Of a stretch of DNA of 64,000 bases, positions 33,782-43,949 are shown piece after piece (positions within the stretch are counted from its first letter, which is position 1; each line of letters starts with the position of its first letter). The translations under genes were made by a program, and so were the position numbers. Under the pieces are notes generated by a model. The model did not search any database, was not told where the DNA came from, and saw only the letters and a list, made by a program, of their open reading frames with translations. The DNA comes from Promethearchaeota archaeon (GTDB lineage: Archaea; Asgardarchaeota; Lokiarchaeia; Sigyniarchaeales; SOKP01), in contig JAEOTZ010000072.1 in NCBI GenBank assembly GCA_016839585.1, positions 1-64,000 on the forward strand, in the 5' to 3' direction.

Positions 33782-34399
33782 ATGAGTAAAAGCAAATCTG
33801 AGATCAAGTTATTTAATAAATGGTCATTTGAAAACATCGAGTTAAACGATTTTACGCTTGAGAAATATATTAATCTAAAAACCATCATAATACCACATTC
33901 AGCAGGTCGTCATGAGCATAGGCGTTTCTGGAAAAGCTCAAGAGTCTCAATAATTGAACGATTCACTAATAGATTGCTCTCTCCTGGTTTTATCGGAAGT
34001 AGAATAAAAGGTCACAAGAGTTCATATAATTCTGGAAAAAAGAATAAACTAATAAAAGGCCTGAAAGATGCATTTACATTAATAGAGTTAAGAACAGGTC
34101 AAAATCCGGTTCAAGTTTTAGTTGACGCAATTGTTAATACCGCTCCAAGAGAAGAGACTACAAAAATTGCACGAGGTGGAATAAGTTATGCTTCAGCAGT
34201 AGATATCGCGCCCCAGCGCCGAGTTGACTTAGCTATAAAATATCTCGTTCAAGCAATTGGTGCAAGGTCCCACGGAAATGAAAGGATGTTTGAAGAAAAT
34301 GTAGCTCAAGAATTAATTTTAGCGGCACAAAATAATCAAGAATCTAGAGCAGTAAAACGAAAGGATGAAATTGAGAGAATTGCTGTTTCGGCACGATAA
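33782..34399 (+). CDS. rps7: 30S ribosomal protein uS7
   Basis: NPVQVLVDAI.NTAPREE, KRKDEIERIA.SAR. Confidence 0.96.
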   Translation: MSKSKSEIKLFNKWSFENIELNDFTLEKYINLKTIIIPHSAGRHEHRRFWKSSRVSIIERFTNRLLSPGFIGSRIKGHKSSYNSGKKNKLIKGLKDAFTLIELRTGQNPVQVLVDAIVNTAPREETTKIARGGISYASAVDIAPQRRVDLAIKYLVQAIGARSHGNERMFEENVAQELILAAQNNQESRAVKRKDEIERIAVSAR

Positions 34400-34589
34400 C
34401 TTTTTTTAAAATTTTTAACCAAATCTCTTACTATAAGTTTCAATATCACCTACATATTATCTTTTTTTATTAAGGCAATGGAAAATTCCCAAATTTTTAT
34501 ATAATTGATAAACATATTATTTAGATAAGCATCGTTAAAGGTATAGAACTATATCTATATTTAAAATTGATTCCGACAAAAAATAAAAT

Positions 34590-36566
34590 ATGTTAGAAAA
34601 ACAATTAAAAACCTTAGGACAAAAAATTAGAATAGATATTTTAAAGAAACTAAAAAATATTAAAGAACCTATTTCATTTTCACGACTTCAAAAAGAAGTT
34701 ATTAATTGTAATAATACATCTGTAAACTTCTCATTTCATTTAAATGCCTTAAAAGACTGTAAATTAATAGAATCTTCTGAAGACGGATATTATATTACAG
34801 TTTTAGGTAAGCAGATATTAAATAGTGTATTATCTATTGAACAGATCTTAGTGGAAAAAAATAGGGTAAAAATGATTAGAACATCTAAATATTCGAAAGA
34901 AATATTTGATATAAATAAAATTGAGGAATATCTCATAAACGAAGGCGGAATGGAATCTTTTATAGCTAAACAAATTGCTCATGAAGTTGAAGAGCGCCTT
35001 TCGAAGACTAATATTGAATATCTAACTGCTCCTTTAATGCGTGAATATATTAATGCCATTTTATTAGAAAATGGATTTGAAGAAGTAAGACATAAATTAA
35101 CTCGTTTAGGAACACCTCCATTTGAAGTATTTAAATTATTTAACTCTGAAGGCAGCAGTAGTAATCCTGATAAGTTCATAAAGGAGTTAGGATCTGATGT
35201 TTCTGAGCAATTTTTACTCTTGAACTTATTACCAAAAAATTTAGCTGATTTATATTTAACAGGAGAAATAGCTCTACTGCACTTAAATTATTGGAGTTTG
35301 AGACCTTTAAGCTTATATTTAAATACAAACTCAGTACTAGAGGTGATTTTTAAAAGAAATTTGAATTCCTCGAGGAAATTAACCAATTCTAGAGAATTAA
35401 TTAACTTAATTCTACTTTTTATAGATCTTTTACAAAATTTTAAGCCTTATTTCTCTCAAGATTTAGTATTAGGTGAATTCAACAAAAATATTCTTTCTTA
35501 TATGAATTCCCATGAGAAAATGTTATACTTTATTGATATTTTGAAATCCCAAATTCTCAAGTTTAACAATTCTTTTGAAGATCTGAGACATGGTTTAACT
35601 TTTGAGTTTAACTATAATGATTTTAAGGATTCAACTGATTGGGTTTTAAATCAATTCAAAGTTGATAAAGAATTTTTGAATTATAAAATAAGAGGAAAAG
35701 AATTTGATAATAATATTAAACCTTTTATAATATTTGATTATTCAAAATTAAGTACTTCAAATTTAGAAAATATATTTTTAGAAGATATAATACCTATTTT
35801 AAAAAATAATAATATTTGCTTCTATAACAATAATTCCTCAAATTTTCTAAATTCTGCTTTAATTAAAATTAAAAATTCTAATAAGAATCAGATAATTTTA
35901 GATAAAATTTTAATTAATTTACACTCAATATCAGTAAAGGCAAATCGAAATGATGATTTATTCCTAGATTTACTATTTGACAAAATAAGTTGTGTTTTTG
36001 ATTTATTTAAACATAAAGAATCGTTAATAAAAAAGAAATTAAATTCTTTAAATGGTTGGAAACGTTTGATTCATGATTTTTTTGGAAAAATTGAAGACGA
36101 TTTTTATAAGAATACAATCAAATCTGTAAGTTTTTTTGGTTTAAATGAAGCAATTTTAAATCATTGTGGAATAGAGCTTGATAGATTAGGAAATAGTAAA
36201 GAATTTGCTTTAAGGATCTTATCTTTCATGAAAAAATTAATTAGAGAAAAAAATCAAGAAGAGAACAATTATTATATTTTAAGCCAACCTCATAATGATA
36301 CGTATTTAAATAATGCGTGGCATAATGGAAGAACTCTAAGAAGTGATATGGCGTATAAATATTCATCAAGCATTATTAGACACAATTCAAAGTTATCTTT
36401 AGCTAAAAGAGTTAATTTATTTAAAAAATTTGAAAAAGTTATCAACGGAGGAATTATATTTGATGAATATATTGATATCAATGGGACATCGATAAAAGAG
36501 CTTTTATCTAATCTATTCAAATCTGAATTAGAAGCGATTTTTATACAGAAAAGGATTAAAATTTAG
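34590..36566 (+). CDS. ArsR-type HTH plus ATP-cone plus degenerate class III ribonucleotide reductase (NrdD)-like fusion
   Basis: RIDILKKL…FSFHLNAL HTH; IRTS…FDINKI…LTAPLMREYINAILLE ATP cone; RHKLTRLG, SFFGLNEA; no C-terminal glycyl-radical motif. Confidence 0.75.
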   Translation: MLEKQLKTLGQKIRIDILKKLKNIKEPISFSRLQKEVINCNNTSVNFSFHLNALKDCKLIESSEDGYYITVLGKQILNSVLSIEQILVEKNRVKMIRTSKYSKEIFDINKIEEYLINEGGMESFIAKQIAHEVEERLSKTNIEYLTAPLMREYINAILLENGFEEVRHKLTRLGTPPFEVFKLFNSEGSSSNPDKFIKELGSDVSEQFLLLNLLPKNLADLYLTGEIALLHLNYWSLRPLSLYLNTNSVLEVIFKRNLNSSRKLTNSRELINLILLFIDLLQNFKPYFSQDLVLGEFNKNILSYMNSHEKMLYFIDILKSQILKFNNSFEDLRHGLTFEFNYNDFKDSTDWVLNQFKVDKEFLNYKIRGKEFDNNIKPFIIFDYSKLSTSNLENIFLEDIIPILKNNNICFYNNNSSNFLNSALIKIKNSNKNQIILDKILINLHSISVKANRNDDLFLDLLFDKISCVFDLFKHKESLIKKKLNSLNGWKRLIHDFFGKIEDDFYKNTIKSVSFFGLNEAILNHCGIELDRLGNSKEFALRILSFMKKLIREKNQEENNYYILSQPHNDTYLNNAWHNGRTLRSDMAYKYSSSIIRHNSKLSLAKRVNLFKKFEKVINGGIIFDEYIDINGTSIKELLSNLFKSELEAIFIQKRIKI

Positions 36567-36589
36567 AATATAATAAATAGAGAGCTTAC

Positions 36590-37528
36590 TCAGCTTTTAT
36601 CTGACATCAATTCTGCTAAAAGTGCTTTTCTCATTGGGATTCCGTAAAACGTTTGTTTAAAGTAAAGTGATTTCTCAGAACTGTCTACTTTTGGTGAAAT
36701 TTCGGAAACACGGGGTAAAGGATGTAATAATCTAAATTCATTTTTAGTGTCATCAAGATCCTCTTTTCTAAAAACATATATATCCTTAACCTTTTCATAT
36801 TCTTCCAAATCAATGAATCTTTCTTTTTGAATTCGTGTCATATAAAGAACATCTAACACACTTAGAATCAAACGATATTTAGTAATTTCTTTATATTTTA
36901 CTTGTCGTTGTCTTAAAAAATCTTTATCTCTATTTCTCATTCTAAGCTCCTTAGGGCTTATAAAATAGATATTTACATCAAAGTTAGAGAGTAAAATTGA
37001 AAGTGAGTGAACTGTACGACCATACTTAAGATCACCCATTATACCAATATTAAAGCCATCTAAAGATCCAACCTCTTCAGTTATAGTTAATAGATCTAAT
37101 AATGCTTGAGTAGGATGTTCACCACTTCCTGACCCTGCATTAATTATCGGGACGTTTGCGAATTTTGCTGCCATTCGAGCAGCTCCTTCGAGGTTGTGTC
37201 TCATCACTATACAATCACTATAATTTTCAACCGTTCTTATTGTATCGGCAATGCTTTCTCCTTTTTTGATAGAAGAAACATCTCCAGAATGGAATCCTAT
37301 TACATTACCTCCTAATCTATACATTGCCGATTCAAAACTGAGACGAGTACGGGTTGATGGTTCAAAAAATAATGTTGCTAAGATTTTTCCTTGAAGAATA
37401 TTAGAATTTTTAATTTGAATCATTTCTTTAGCTTTTTTTAAGATATAATCAATATCTTCCCTATCAAATTGCTTAGCACTTATTATTCCTTCACTAAATT
37501 TCTCTTTAAACTTCAATATTCTCATCAA
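36590..37528 (-). CDS. pyrB: Aspartate carbamoyltransferase catalytic subunit
   Basis: FFEPSTRTRLSF, HPTQALLD, GDLKYGRTVHS, HPLPR. Confidence 0.97.
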   Translation of the reverse strand: MMRILKFKEKFSEGIISAKQFDREDIDYILKKAKEMIQIKNSNILQGKILATLFFEPSTRTRLSFESAMYRLGGNVIGFHSGDVSSIKKGESIADTIRTVENYSDCIVMRHNLEGAARMAAKFANVPIINAGSGSGEHPTQALLDLLTITEEVGSLDGFNIGIMGDLKYGRTVHSLSILLSNFDVNIYFISPKELRMRNRDKDFLRQRQVKYKEITKYRLILSVLDVLYMTRIQKERFIDLEEYEKVKDIYVFRKEDLDDTKNEFRLLHPLPRVSEISPKVDSSEKSLYFKQTFYGIPMRKALLAELMSDKS

Positions 37529-37671
37529 TATGGTTTTATTAAAATTATGGTAATAAGATTTAAAACATTTTTTATTAAACAGTAGAAGTTTATAAGAAAG
37601 AAAGAGAACTAATAAAATTTAAAATTCATAAATAACTACCTAAGTTAATTAAATATTAAGGTCAGTGAATA

Positions 37672-37953
37672 TTGAAATACCCTCGGTCAACGAATAGATA
37701 CTGCCCAACCTGTAGAACACATACAAAACATAATGTCACACTCTACAAAAAAGGCAAGGAACGTATGTTAAATCAAGGTAGACGAAGATTAGAACGCAAA
37801 AAAGCAGGATACGGAAGTTTCCCAAAAGAAATCTTTCATAAAAATGCAAAGATTAACAAAAGAACAACACCCCTTTTGGAATGCTCTGAATGTGGCAAAA
37901 AGCAATATGCAAAATCTTATCGTGTAAAACGGCTTGAATTACAAGAAGTTTAA
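37672..37953 (+). CDS. rpl44e: 50S ribosomal protein eL42 (L44e)
   Basis: YCPTCRTHTKH…QGRRR…LECSECGK. Confidence 0.95.
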   Translation: MKYPRSTNRYCPTCRTHTKHNVTLYKKGKERMLNQGRRRLERKKAGYGSFPKEIFHKNAKINKRTTPLLECSECGKKQYAKSYRVKRLELQEV

Positions 37954-37968
37954 AAAGCGTGAATTAAT

Positions 37969-38175
37969 ATGGTCCATAAAAAAAGAGAAAAGGAACTTAT
38001 TCCACAACCAAAATCTAGGTTTTTACGTGTGAAGTGCTTAAATTGTGGAAATCAGCAAATTATTTTTGGATGTTCTGCAACTGATGTAGAATGTTTAGTA
38101 TGCGGTAAAACTTTACTACAATCCACAGGTGGTAAAGCCCGTATTCTTACTAAGATATTGGAAGTTCTTTCTTGA
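37969..38175 (+). CDS. rps27e: 30S ribosomal protein eS27
   Basis: [14 protein letters not shown]…C..CG..L…TGGKA. Confidence 0.96.
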   Translation: MVHKKREKELIPQPKSRFLRVKCLNCGNQQIIFGCSATDVECLVCGKTLLQSTGGKARILTKILEVLS

Positions 38176-38288
38176 AGTTATTTAGAATAATAAAACTTTG
38201 ATTTTTTAGGAGTCAATAAAAATTTCAATTTTGATGTAACCATCCTATTTTATTTTAATATCAATATAAGAATATAAAATAAGGAAAA

Positions 38289-38360
38289 TGCGCGATCCGG
38301 GAATCGAACCCGGGTCATCGGCTTGGAAGGCCGAGATCATAACCCCTAGACTAATCGCGC
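38289..38360 (-). tRNA. tRNA-Gly(TCC), intronless, CCA not encoded
   Basis: GCGCGAT acceptor stem, TCGGC-CTTCCAA-GCCGA anticodon arm, GGTTCGATTCC T-arm. Confidence 0.96.
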
Positions 38361-38465
38361 TTAACCGGTTCGCGTTTTTTGGGAATTGAACCCAGTTCTT
38401 TTAGAAATTTTTTTTAGAAATTCGTGTAAGATAAGAAATTTAACATATCTTTTAACCATAGCGGT

Positions 38466-39140
38466 TTAAAGAATATTATAATTTAATTCATAGTAGGTGA
38501 TTATTTTATTAACAACACCCCATGCATCTAGAGGGTATTGGGATATAGAAATTAGATTTTCAGATAAGCTTATAATTTCTCTTGAGAAGTTACTTTTTTG
38601 GAATCCCCCAATTATGGCAATATAGTTTTTTGTTAGATCTTCTCGATATAAATCTTTAAAGTTATTTATTAGCTTACCGTTAATCGAAAATAAATAAATT
38701 TCCTTATTTTTAAACTTATTAATAAGTTCCTTTAAACCTCCGTTAAATGGAACAATTAATTTGGAAGATCCTGTTTCTATACTTCCATCTATTAATAACT
38801 TAGCCATTAATCCTTTAAATCGGTAAAAGTTTCTTGCAATTCTAATCTTTGGATTAAATTCAAATATTTTATTGTTAATTGTATGTAGATAAATCTTTAA
38901 ATTTCCACTTTTATTTAGTGATGAGCCTAAGGCATTAAGTAAACATAAATGAGTTATATCAGGACGACCTCTCTTTTCCGAATTTTGTAAATTAATCATA
39001 GCAGAATGATGAAGTGCATTATCTAAAAGTTGTGTAGCATAAATTTGAGGAGACATATTCTTCTGGATAGCAGAATGTTTTCTAATTTGTTTTGGGATAA
39101 GCTCTATTCCACATTCAACTAAAATAATTATTAATGGCAT
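38466..39140 (-). CDS. nep1: Nep1/Emg1 rRNA pseudouridine N1-methyltransferase
   Basis: LLDNALHH, RGRPDITH, RNFYRFKGLM, IIGGF; ATG at 39140. Confidence 0.92.
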   Translation of the reverse strand: MPLIIILVECGIELIPKQIRKHSAIQKNMSPQIYATQLLDNALHHSAMINLQNSEKRGRPDITHLCLLNALGSSLNKSGNLKIYLHTINNKIFEFNPKIRIARNFYRFKGLMAKLLIDGSIETGSSKLIVPFNGGLKELINKFKNKEIYLFSINGKLINNFKDLYREDLTKNYIAIIGGFQKSNFSREIISLSENLISISQYPLDAWGVVNKIITYYELNYNIL

Positions 39141-39142
39141 AG

Positions 39143-39475
39143 CTAACAATTATTATTTTTTAATTTTATAAAATAACGAGTTGTATTTCCACAAGACAGA
39201 CAAGTTAATGAAACATGTGAACCCTTTCCTTTTTTTGATTGTAATCTTGTTCTACAATTAATTCCCGGATACAAAAACTTTTTGCATTTATGACAGACCC
39301 TTTGCTTCCATTTTGTTGGAATTTTAATTTTAGCTCTAGCAGAATACTTTCTAGCTAAGTAAACATATCGATTTGCTAAATCTCTGTTCTCAGGAAAAAT
39401 ATTGTGAGCTCTTTTGAACAAAAATATTATCCGAGTTTTAGCAATTTGTTTAACAATATTTTTATAATTGGGCAT
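39143..39475 (-). CDS. rnp4: RNase P protein component Rpp21
   Basis: IAKTRI..LF, ANRYV.LA, CHKC…PG…CLSCG. Confidence 0.92.
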   Translation of the reverse strand: MPNYKNIVKQIAKTRIIFLFKRAHNIFPENRDLANRYVYLARKYSARAKIKIPTKWKQRVCHKCKKFLYPGINCRTRLQSKKGKGSHVSLTCLSCGNTTRYFIKLKNNNC

Positions 39476-39490
39476 TTTTATGTTGAGTAT

Positions 39491-39775
39491 TTATATTCTT
39501 TTATCAATTTGAGTTTTTGAGATAATGATTATTTTACCTCGTACATCTAATAGATAAGAATTTGTTTTTTCAGCAATTTTATTGGCTAATTCTTTGATAT
39601 TTAATTTATTGGCAAAGGAACTTAATGCCTTGATTTTAATTATTTTATTTCTTCTTAATAATTTATTTAAATAATCGACAAACTCGTCTGTAATACCTTT
39701 CTTGCCTAAAATACAATGTGGATCATTTAGTAAAACTTGTTTAAACTCTTTGCTATAGCCCATTTTTTTTTTCAT
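39491..39775 (-). CDS. YhbY/CRM-domain RNA-binding protein
   Basis: LGKKGITDEFV…IIKIK…DVRG; synteny with rpp21 and rps19e. Confidence 0.85.
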   Translation of the reverse strand: MKKKMGYSKEFKQVLLNDPHCILGKKGITDEFVDYLNKLLRRNKIIKIKALSSFANKLNIKELANKIAEKTNSYLLDVRGKIIIISKTQIDKRI

Positions 39776-39850
39776 AAAATAATAAAATTTTTAATTTTGA
39801 CTTGATTTTATAAAGTATTAATATTAATGAATTTAGTATAATATTTTAGC

Positions 39851-40276
39851 ATGTCGATTTATCTCATTGAACCCCGAAAACTTATTCAAATTTTGGCAGA
39901 GAAACTAAAGGAATTTCCTGAAATTCAACCACCCGAAGGAAGCAAATTTTGGAAAACAGCGTCATATAAAGAGTTAGCACCTTTTGACTCAGAAAATTTT
40001 TGGTATATTCGAAGTGCCTCTATTTTAAGAAAAGTGAAAAAATATGGACCAATAGGAGTAAATAAATTAAGAAAGCATTATTCAGGAAGAAATAGAAAAG
40101 GTAGCGGTTTAAACTACTCTTCAAAAGGAGGCGGAAAGATAATAAGAGTCATTTTACAGCAATTAGAAAAAGAAAATTTAGTAATAAAGGATGGTAAAAA
40201 GGGGAGGAAAGTTTCTCCTGAAGGAACTAGTTTATTAGAAAGAATAGCATACTCTATTCTAAGAAAAAAAAGTTAA
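39851..40276 (+). CDS. rps19e: 30S ribosomal protein eS19
   Basis: KELAP, WYIRSASILRK, GGKIIRVILQQLE. Confidence 0.95.
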   Translation: MSIYLIEPRKLIQILAEKLKEFPEIQPPEGSKFWKTASYKELAPFDSENFWYIRSASILRKVKKYGPIGVNKLRKHYSGRNRKGSGLNYSSKGGGKIIRVILQQLEKENLVIKDGKKGRKVSPEGTSLLERIAYSILRKKS

Positions 40277-40307
40277 AGAATTAAATAATAACATCTGGGA
40301 GTTTAAA

Positions 40308-40649
40308 TTGAGCAACGATGAAGAGTTAGATGCTATCAAAAGGAAGAAGTTAGAAGAATTAAAACAACAAGCCGCACAGCAACAATTAATGGAAGCCCAA
40401 CAAAAAGAGTTTGAGAGCAAAAAATATCAATTGATGCGAAAAATTTTAACTCAAGAAGGGAGACAGAGATTAGAAAATATTCGAATGGTTAAACCCCAAT
40501 TTGCTGAACAGATAGAATTACAATTAATTCAACTATTCCAATCAGGACAACTAAGAGGAGCAACACCATTACCAGATAAAGCATTTAAAAAATTATTAGA
40601 ACAAATATCTTCACTAGGGAAAAAAAAAGAATTTAATATAAAAAAATAG
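40308..40649 (+). CDS. PDCD5-like DNA-binding protein
   Basis: ELDAIKRKKLEEL, ILTQEGRQRLENIRMVKP. Confidence 0.92.
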   Translation: MSNDEELDAIKRKKLEELKQQAAQQQLMEAQQKEFESKKYQLMRKILTQEGRQRLENIRMVKPQFAEQIELQLIQLFQSGQLRGATPLPDKAFKKLLEQISSLGKKKEFNIKK

Positions 40650-40668
40650 TCAAGAGAGAGGATTATAA

Positions 40669-40830
40669 TTGGCAAGGAATAAAAATCTACCGTCTAAATT
40701 AAGACGAGCGAAGAGTATGAAACAAAATAAATCACTACCAAATTGGATTATTAGGAAGACAGATGGTAAGGTTAGATCTAATCCTTACTCGAGAAGAACA
40801 TGGAGGAACACAAGGTTAAAAAGAGATTAA
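40669..40830 (+). CDS. rpl39e: 50S ribosomal protein eL39 (below ORF track cutoff)
   Basis: TTG start; MARNKNLPSKLRRAKSMKQNKSLPNWIIRKTDGKVRSNPYSRRTWRNTRLKRD*. Confidence 0.93.
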   Translation: MARNKNLPSKLRRAKSMKQNKSLPNWIIRKTDGKVRSNPYSRRTWRNTRLKRD

Positions 40831-40867
40831 AATTTGATTTAGAACTACTACTTTTAAATGAAATAAA

Positions 40868-41320
40868 ATGGCAAAAAAAGGAAAGGATATTAGTCTAGAC
40901 GAGTTAGAGGAAGAATTAAGTGGGGATGAGTTAGTAGAAGAAGAATCTGATGAAGAAATAGAAGATATTGAGGAATTCAGCCTAGATGAAATATCTGAAG
41001 AAGAAGAAATTAGTGAAATTTTTGAAGAGGAAATTAAAGAAATTGAAGAAGAGGAAGTTCCAAAAGAAGAGATTATTGATGAAAGAATATATATTGTACC
41101 TCTCGCAATAGCACGAAGAGGTCCAAGAAATAAAAGAGCTAAAAAAGCTATCAGGTATCTAAGAGAATATGTATTTCGCCATTTTAAGCCAGAATCTTTA
41201 GTTATCTCACAAGAAGTAAATGAGAAGATATGGGAACGTTCTATTCAAAAACCCCCACGAAAGTTGAAGGTAAGAGTTACTAAAAATATCGATGGACTTT
41301 GTGTTATATATTTAGCTTAA
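40868..41320 (+). CDS. rpl31e: 50S ribosomal protein eL31 with acidic N-terminal extension
   Basis: ERIYIVPL…KRAKKAI…VNEKIWERSIQKPPRK. Confidence 0.93.
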   Translation: MAKKGKDISLDELEEELSGDELVEEESDEEIEDIEEFSLDEISEEEEISEIFEEEIKEIEEEEVPKEEIIDERIYIVPLAIARRGPRNKRAKKAIRYLREYVFRHFKPESLVISQEVNEKIWERSIQKPPRKLKVRVTKNIDGLCVIYLA

Positions 41321-41404
41321 ACGTCAATTTTTAAATCAATGTACAAATATAAACTTTTTTTAATGATATTCTAGTAGAAAAATATAATTTTATCGTTATT
41401 TCAC

Positions 41405-42085
41405 ATGGCAATTTTAAGGTCTCAAGTATTTGGGAAGAGTCTAATAGGTGTTTACTTAACATGTAATAATTCATATATCCTATATCCTCCTACAACATTA
41501 AAGACTACATTTATAAAATTTAAAGAAATATTTGGGGAGCCATTTTATCCAGTTACTATTAATAATTCTAACTTATTAGGAATATATACTGTATCAAATA
41601 AATATGGAATTATAGTTCCTCATATAATAAAAGATGAGGAACTTGATAAATTGAAAAGTTATCTAAATGAGTTACATAATTCTTCACAAATTGGTATTTT
41701 GAAATCAATTGATAATGCTTTTGGAAACCTTATCTTATGTAATGATAAAGGTGCTATAATTAGCTCGTTGCTAAAAAATTATAAAAAAGAGATCGAGGAT
41801 ATTTTAAGTGTTGAGACCGTCATTTATGAATTTGCTGATAATTATCTTCCTGGTTCAATTTCCTTAGCAAATAATCATGGTTGCCTAGTTCATCCTCTTT
41901 CAACCGATGAGGAAATAGAATATATTTCTTCAATATTAAAAGTTGATGAGATCGATGTATCTACTGTAAATCGTGGTATTCCTTATCTCTCTTCAGGGGC
42001 AATTGTGAATGATAAGAGTGGGATTTTTGGAGCCGATTGTACAGGTCCAGAAATGATGCGCCTAACAGATATATTAAAATTGTAG
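41405..42085 (+). CDS. eif6: Translation initiation factor aIF6
   Basis: IGVY, GNLILCND.GA, STVNRG, TGPEMMR. Confidence 0.93.
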   Translation: MAILRSQVFGKSLIGVYLTCNNSYILYPPTTLKTTFIKFKEIFGEPFYPVTINNSNLLGIYTVSNKYGIIVPHIIKDEELDKLKSYLNELHNSSQIGILKSIDNAFGNLILCNDKGAIISSLLKNYKKEIEDILSVETVIYEFADNYLPGSISLANNHGCLVHPLSTDEEIEYISSILKVDEIDVSTVNRGIPYLSSGAIVNDKSGIFGADCTGPEMMRLTDILKL

Positions 42086-42249
42086 GAGATTGACTAAATA
42101 TTTTTTTTTCATTAATATTTTTGATAGGTTAGAAGAAGTAGTTATAAGTTTTAATATTGAACTTAATAAAGAAATTAAAAAAGCAAAATTTAATATTTTT
42201 AAAATAATTATCAATTTTAAATTCATGGATACAATCGGAATGAAAATTT

Positions 42250-42477
42250 ATGTCTGAGATAAAAATATATAGAATTATTGGCAACTACATTAAAAATCAT
42301 AAGAAATATTTATTTCGTAAAGAAGTACGTGCCTTAAAAGAAGAAGACGCTCTTGAAAAAGTCTTATGTAAAATTACTTCTATTGGTATTTTTAGACGTC
42401 AAATTACAATTCAAGAAATTAAAGAGATAAGTTTAGAGGAATCTCAAGACTATCTAATCCGTGAATTATCTCAATAA
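42250..42477 (+). CDS. rpl18a: 50S ribosomal protein eL20 (L18a/LX)
   Basis: KIYRIIG…FRKEVRAL.EEDALEK; synteny. Confidence 0.88.
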   Translation: MSEIKIYRIIGNYIKNHKKYLFRKEVRALKEEDALEKVLCKITSIGIFRRQITIQEIKEISLEESQDYLIRELSQ

Positions 42478-42499
42478 TTAAGAAATAATTCTTAAAGTT

Positions 42500-42925
42500 T
42501 TGATAAAAGTGGTTGGTCCTCAAGAATATCAAGAGCAACTAATAAAATTTCGTTATTTAAAGGAGCAACGTGATATGTATCAAAGTCAATTAGAAATTAT
42601 CAATGCATCACGTGCGAATGTAATGAATTCTAAAAATACTTTAGAAAATTTAAAAGAAGGAGTAAAAGAAGATGACGAAATTTTAGTTCCAATTGGAGGT
42701 ATAGTAAATATTAAAGCATCTATTAAAGAACCAGAAAAAGTTTTACTTGCTGTTAACCAAGATGTTGTAATTGAAAAGGATTTAGCAAGTGCGATTGAAT
42801 TTCTTGAGAAGATAATAGAACAACATAATAAACAAGTAGAATTCTTAGGAACTCAATTACAAAATTTAGATATAAACCTAAATAAAATCTCTCAAGTCAT
42901 TCAAAGAGATATTCTTCAAAAATAA
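42500..42925 (+). CDS. pfdA: Prefoldin alpha subunit
   Basis: EILVPIGG…KVLLAV…VIEK flanked by coiled coils. Confidence 0.92.
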   Translation: MIKVVGPQEYQEQLIKFRYLKEQRDMYQSQLEIINASRANVMNSKNTLENLKEGVKEDDEILVPIGGIVNIKASIKEPEKVLLAVNQDVVIEKDLASAIEFLEKIIEQHNKQVEFLGTQLQNLDINLNKISQVIQRDILQK

Positions 42926-42988
42926 GCTTGTTTTATATATAATCTTGTTATAATTTCAGAGATTTTTTAAATTAGTGTGGAGAAATAA

Positions 42989-43888
42989 ATGCTCGAAAAA
43001 TTGAAGAATACTTTTTCACTTTTTGTAAAAAAAACCCTAACGGAAAAAAAAATGGACGAGGCTATCAATGATTTAAAACTCCTGCTTGTAAGCAATGATG
43101 TTGCTATGGATACTGCTGATGAGATTTGCAACAAGATAATTGACTCTTTTAAGGGAGAACAAATAGGTCGATTAACTTCAACTAAAAAAATGGTATTTGA
43201 TACGCTAAAAGATGTTATAACAGGTATACTAACACCTGAAAACGAAGTAGATTTATTGGATGAAATAAAGAAAAAGAGTAAAAAAAATGAGCCATATGTA
43301 ATTGTATTTATTGGGGTTAATGGAACTGGAAAAACAACTACTATGGCTAAAATCGCTTATTTTTTAAAAAAAAATGGATTCTCGATTGTAGCAGCTGCCT
43401 CAGATACATTTCGGGCAGCAGCAATCGAACAATTATCATATCACATGAATAATGTAGGTATACGAGTTATTAAACATTCTTATAAATCTGATCCTGCTTC
43501 AGTTGCTTATGATGCCATTGAACATGCTAAAGCTAAAAATATAGATGTTGTTCTGATAGATAGTGCTGGTCGTCAAGTATCAGATAAAAATTTAATGATT
43601 GAAATTCAAAAAATTTGTAGAATCGCTCAACCTGATTTGAAGATTCTGATTGCTGATAGTCTTGCCGGAAATGATGCATTATATCAAGCAAGAGAATTCG
43701 ACAAGCACGTAGGGATTGATGCAAATATCTTAACTAAGTTAGATGCTGATGCGAGAGGTGGTGCAGCATTATCAATTTCTTTTGAAACAAAGAAACCTCT
43801 TCTATTTATCGGAGTTGGACAAAATTATGAAGATTTAATACCTTTTGATCGCGATTTTTTCATATCAAGTATTCTCGATATTTCATAA
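42989..43888 (+). CDS. ftsY: SRP receptor FtsY
   Basis: GVNGTGKTTT, DTFRAAA.EQL, DSAGR, TKLD. Confidence 0.96.
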   Translation: MLEKLKNTFSLFVKKTLTEKKMDEAINDLKLLLVSNDVAMDTADEICNKIIDSFKGEQIGRLTSTKKMVFDTLKDVITGILTPENEVDLLDEIKKKSKKNEPYVIVFIGVNGTGKTTTMAKIAYFLKKNGFSIVAAASDTFRAAAIEQLSYHMNNVGIRVIKHSYKSDPASVAYDAIEHAKAKNIDVVLIDSAGRQVSDKNLMIEIQKICRIAQPDLKILIADSLAGNDALYQAREFDKHVGIDANILTKLDADARGGAALSISFETKKPLLFIGVGQNYEDLIPFDRDFFISSILDIS

Positions 43889-43949
43889 TAAAAAATATGA
43901 GTGTTTCCTCAAAAGTTAACTTTTTTAAAGACTAATTCTTAATTTTATT

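Noticed and set aside
33316-33888. 190-aa minus-strand ORF
   Set aside because: Antisense to rps12 and rps7.
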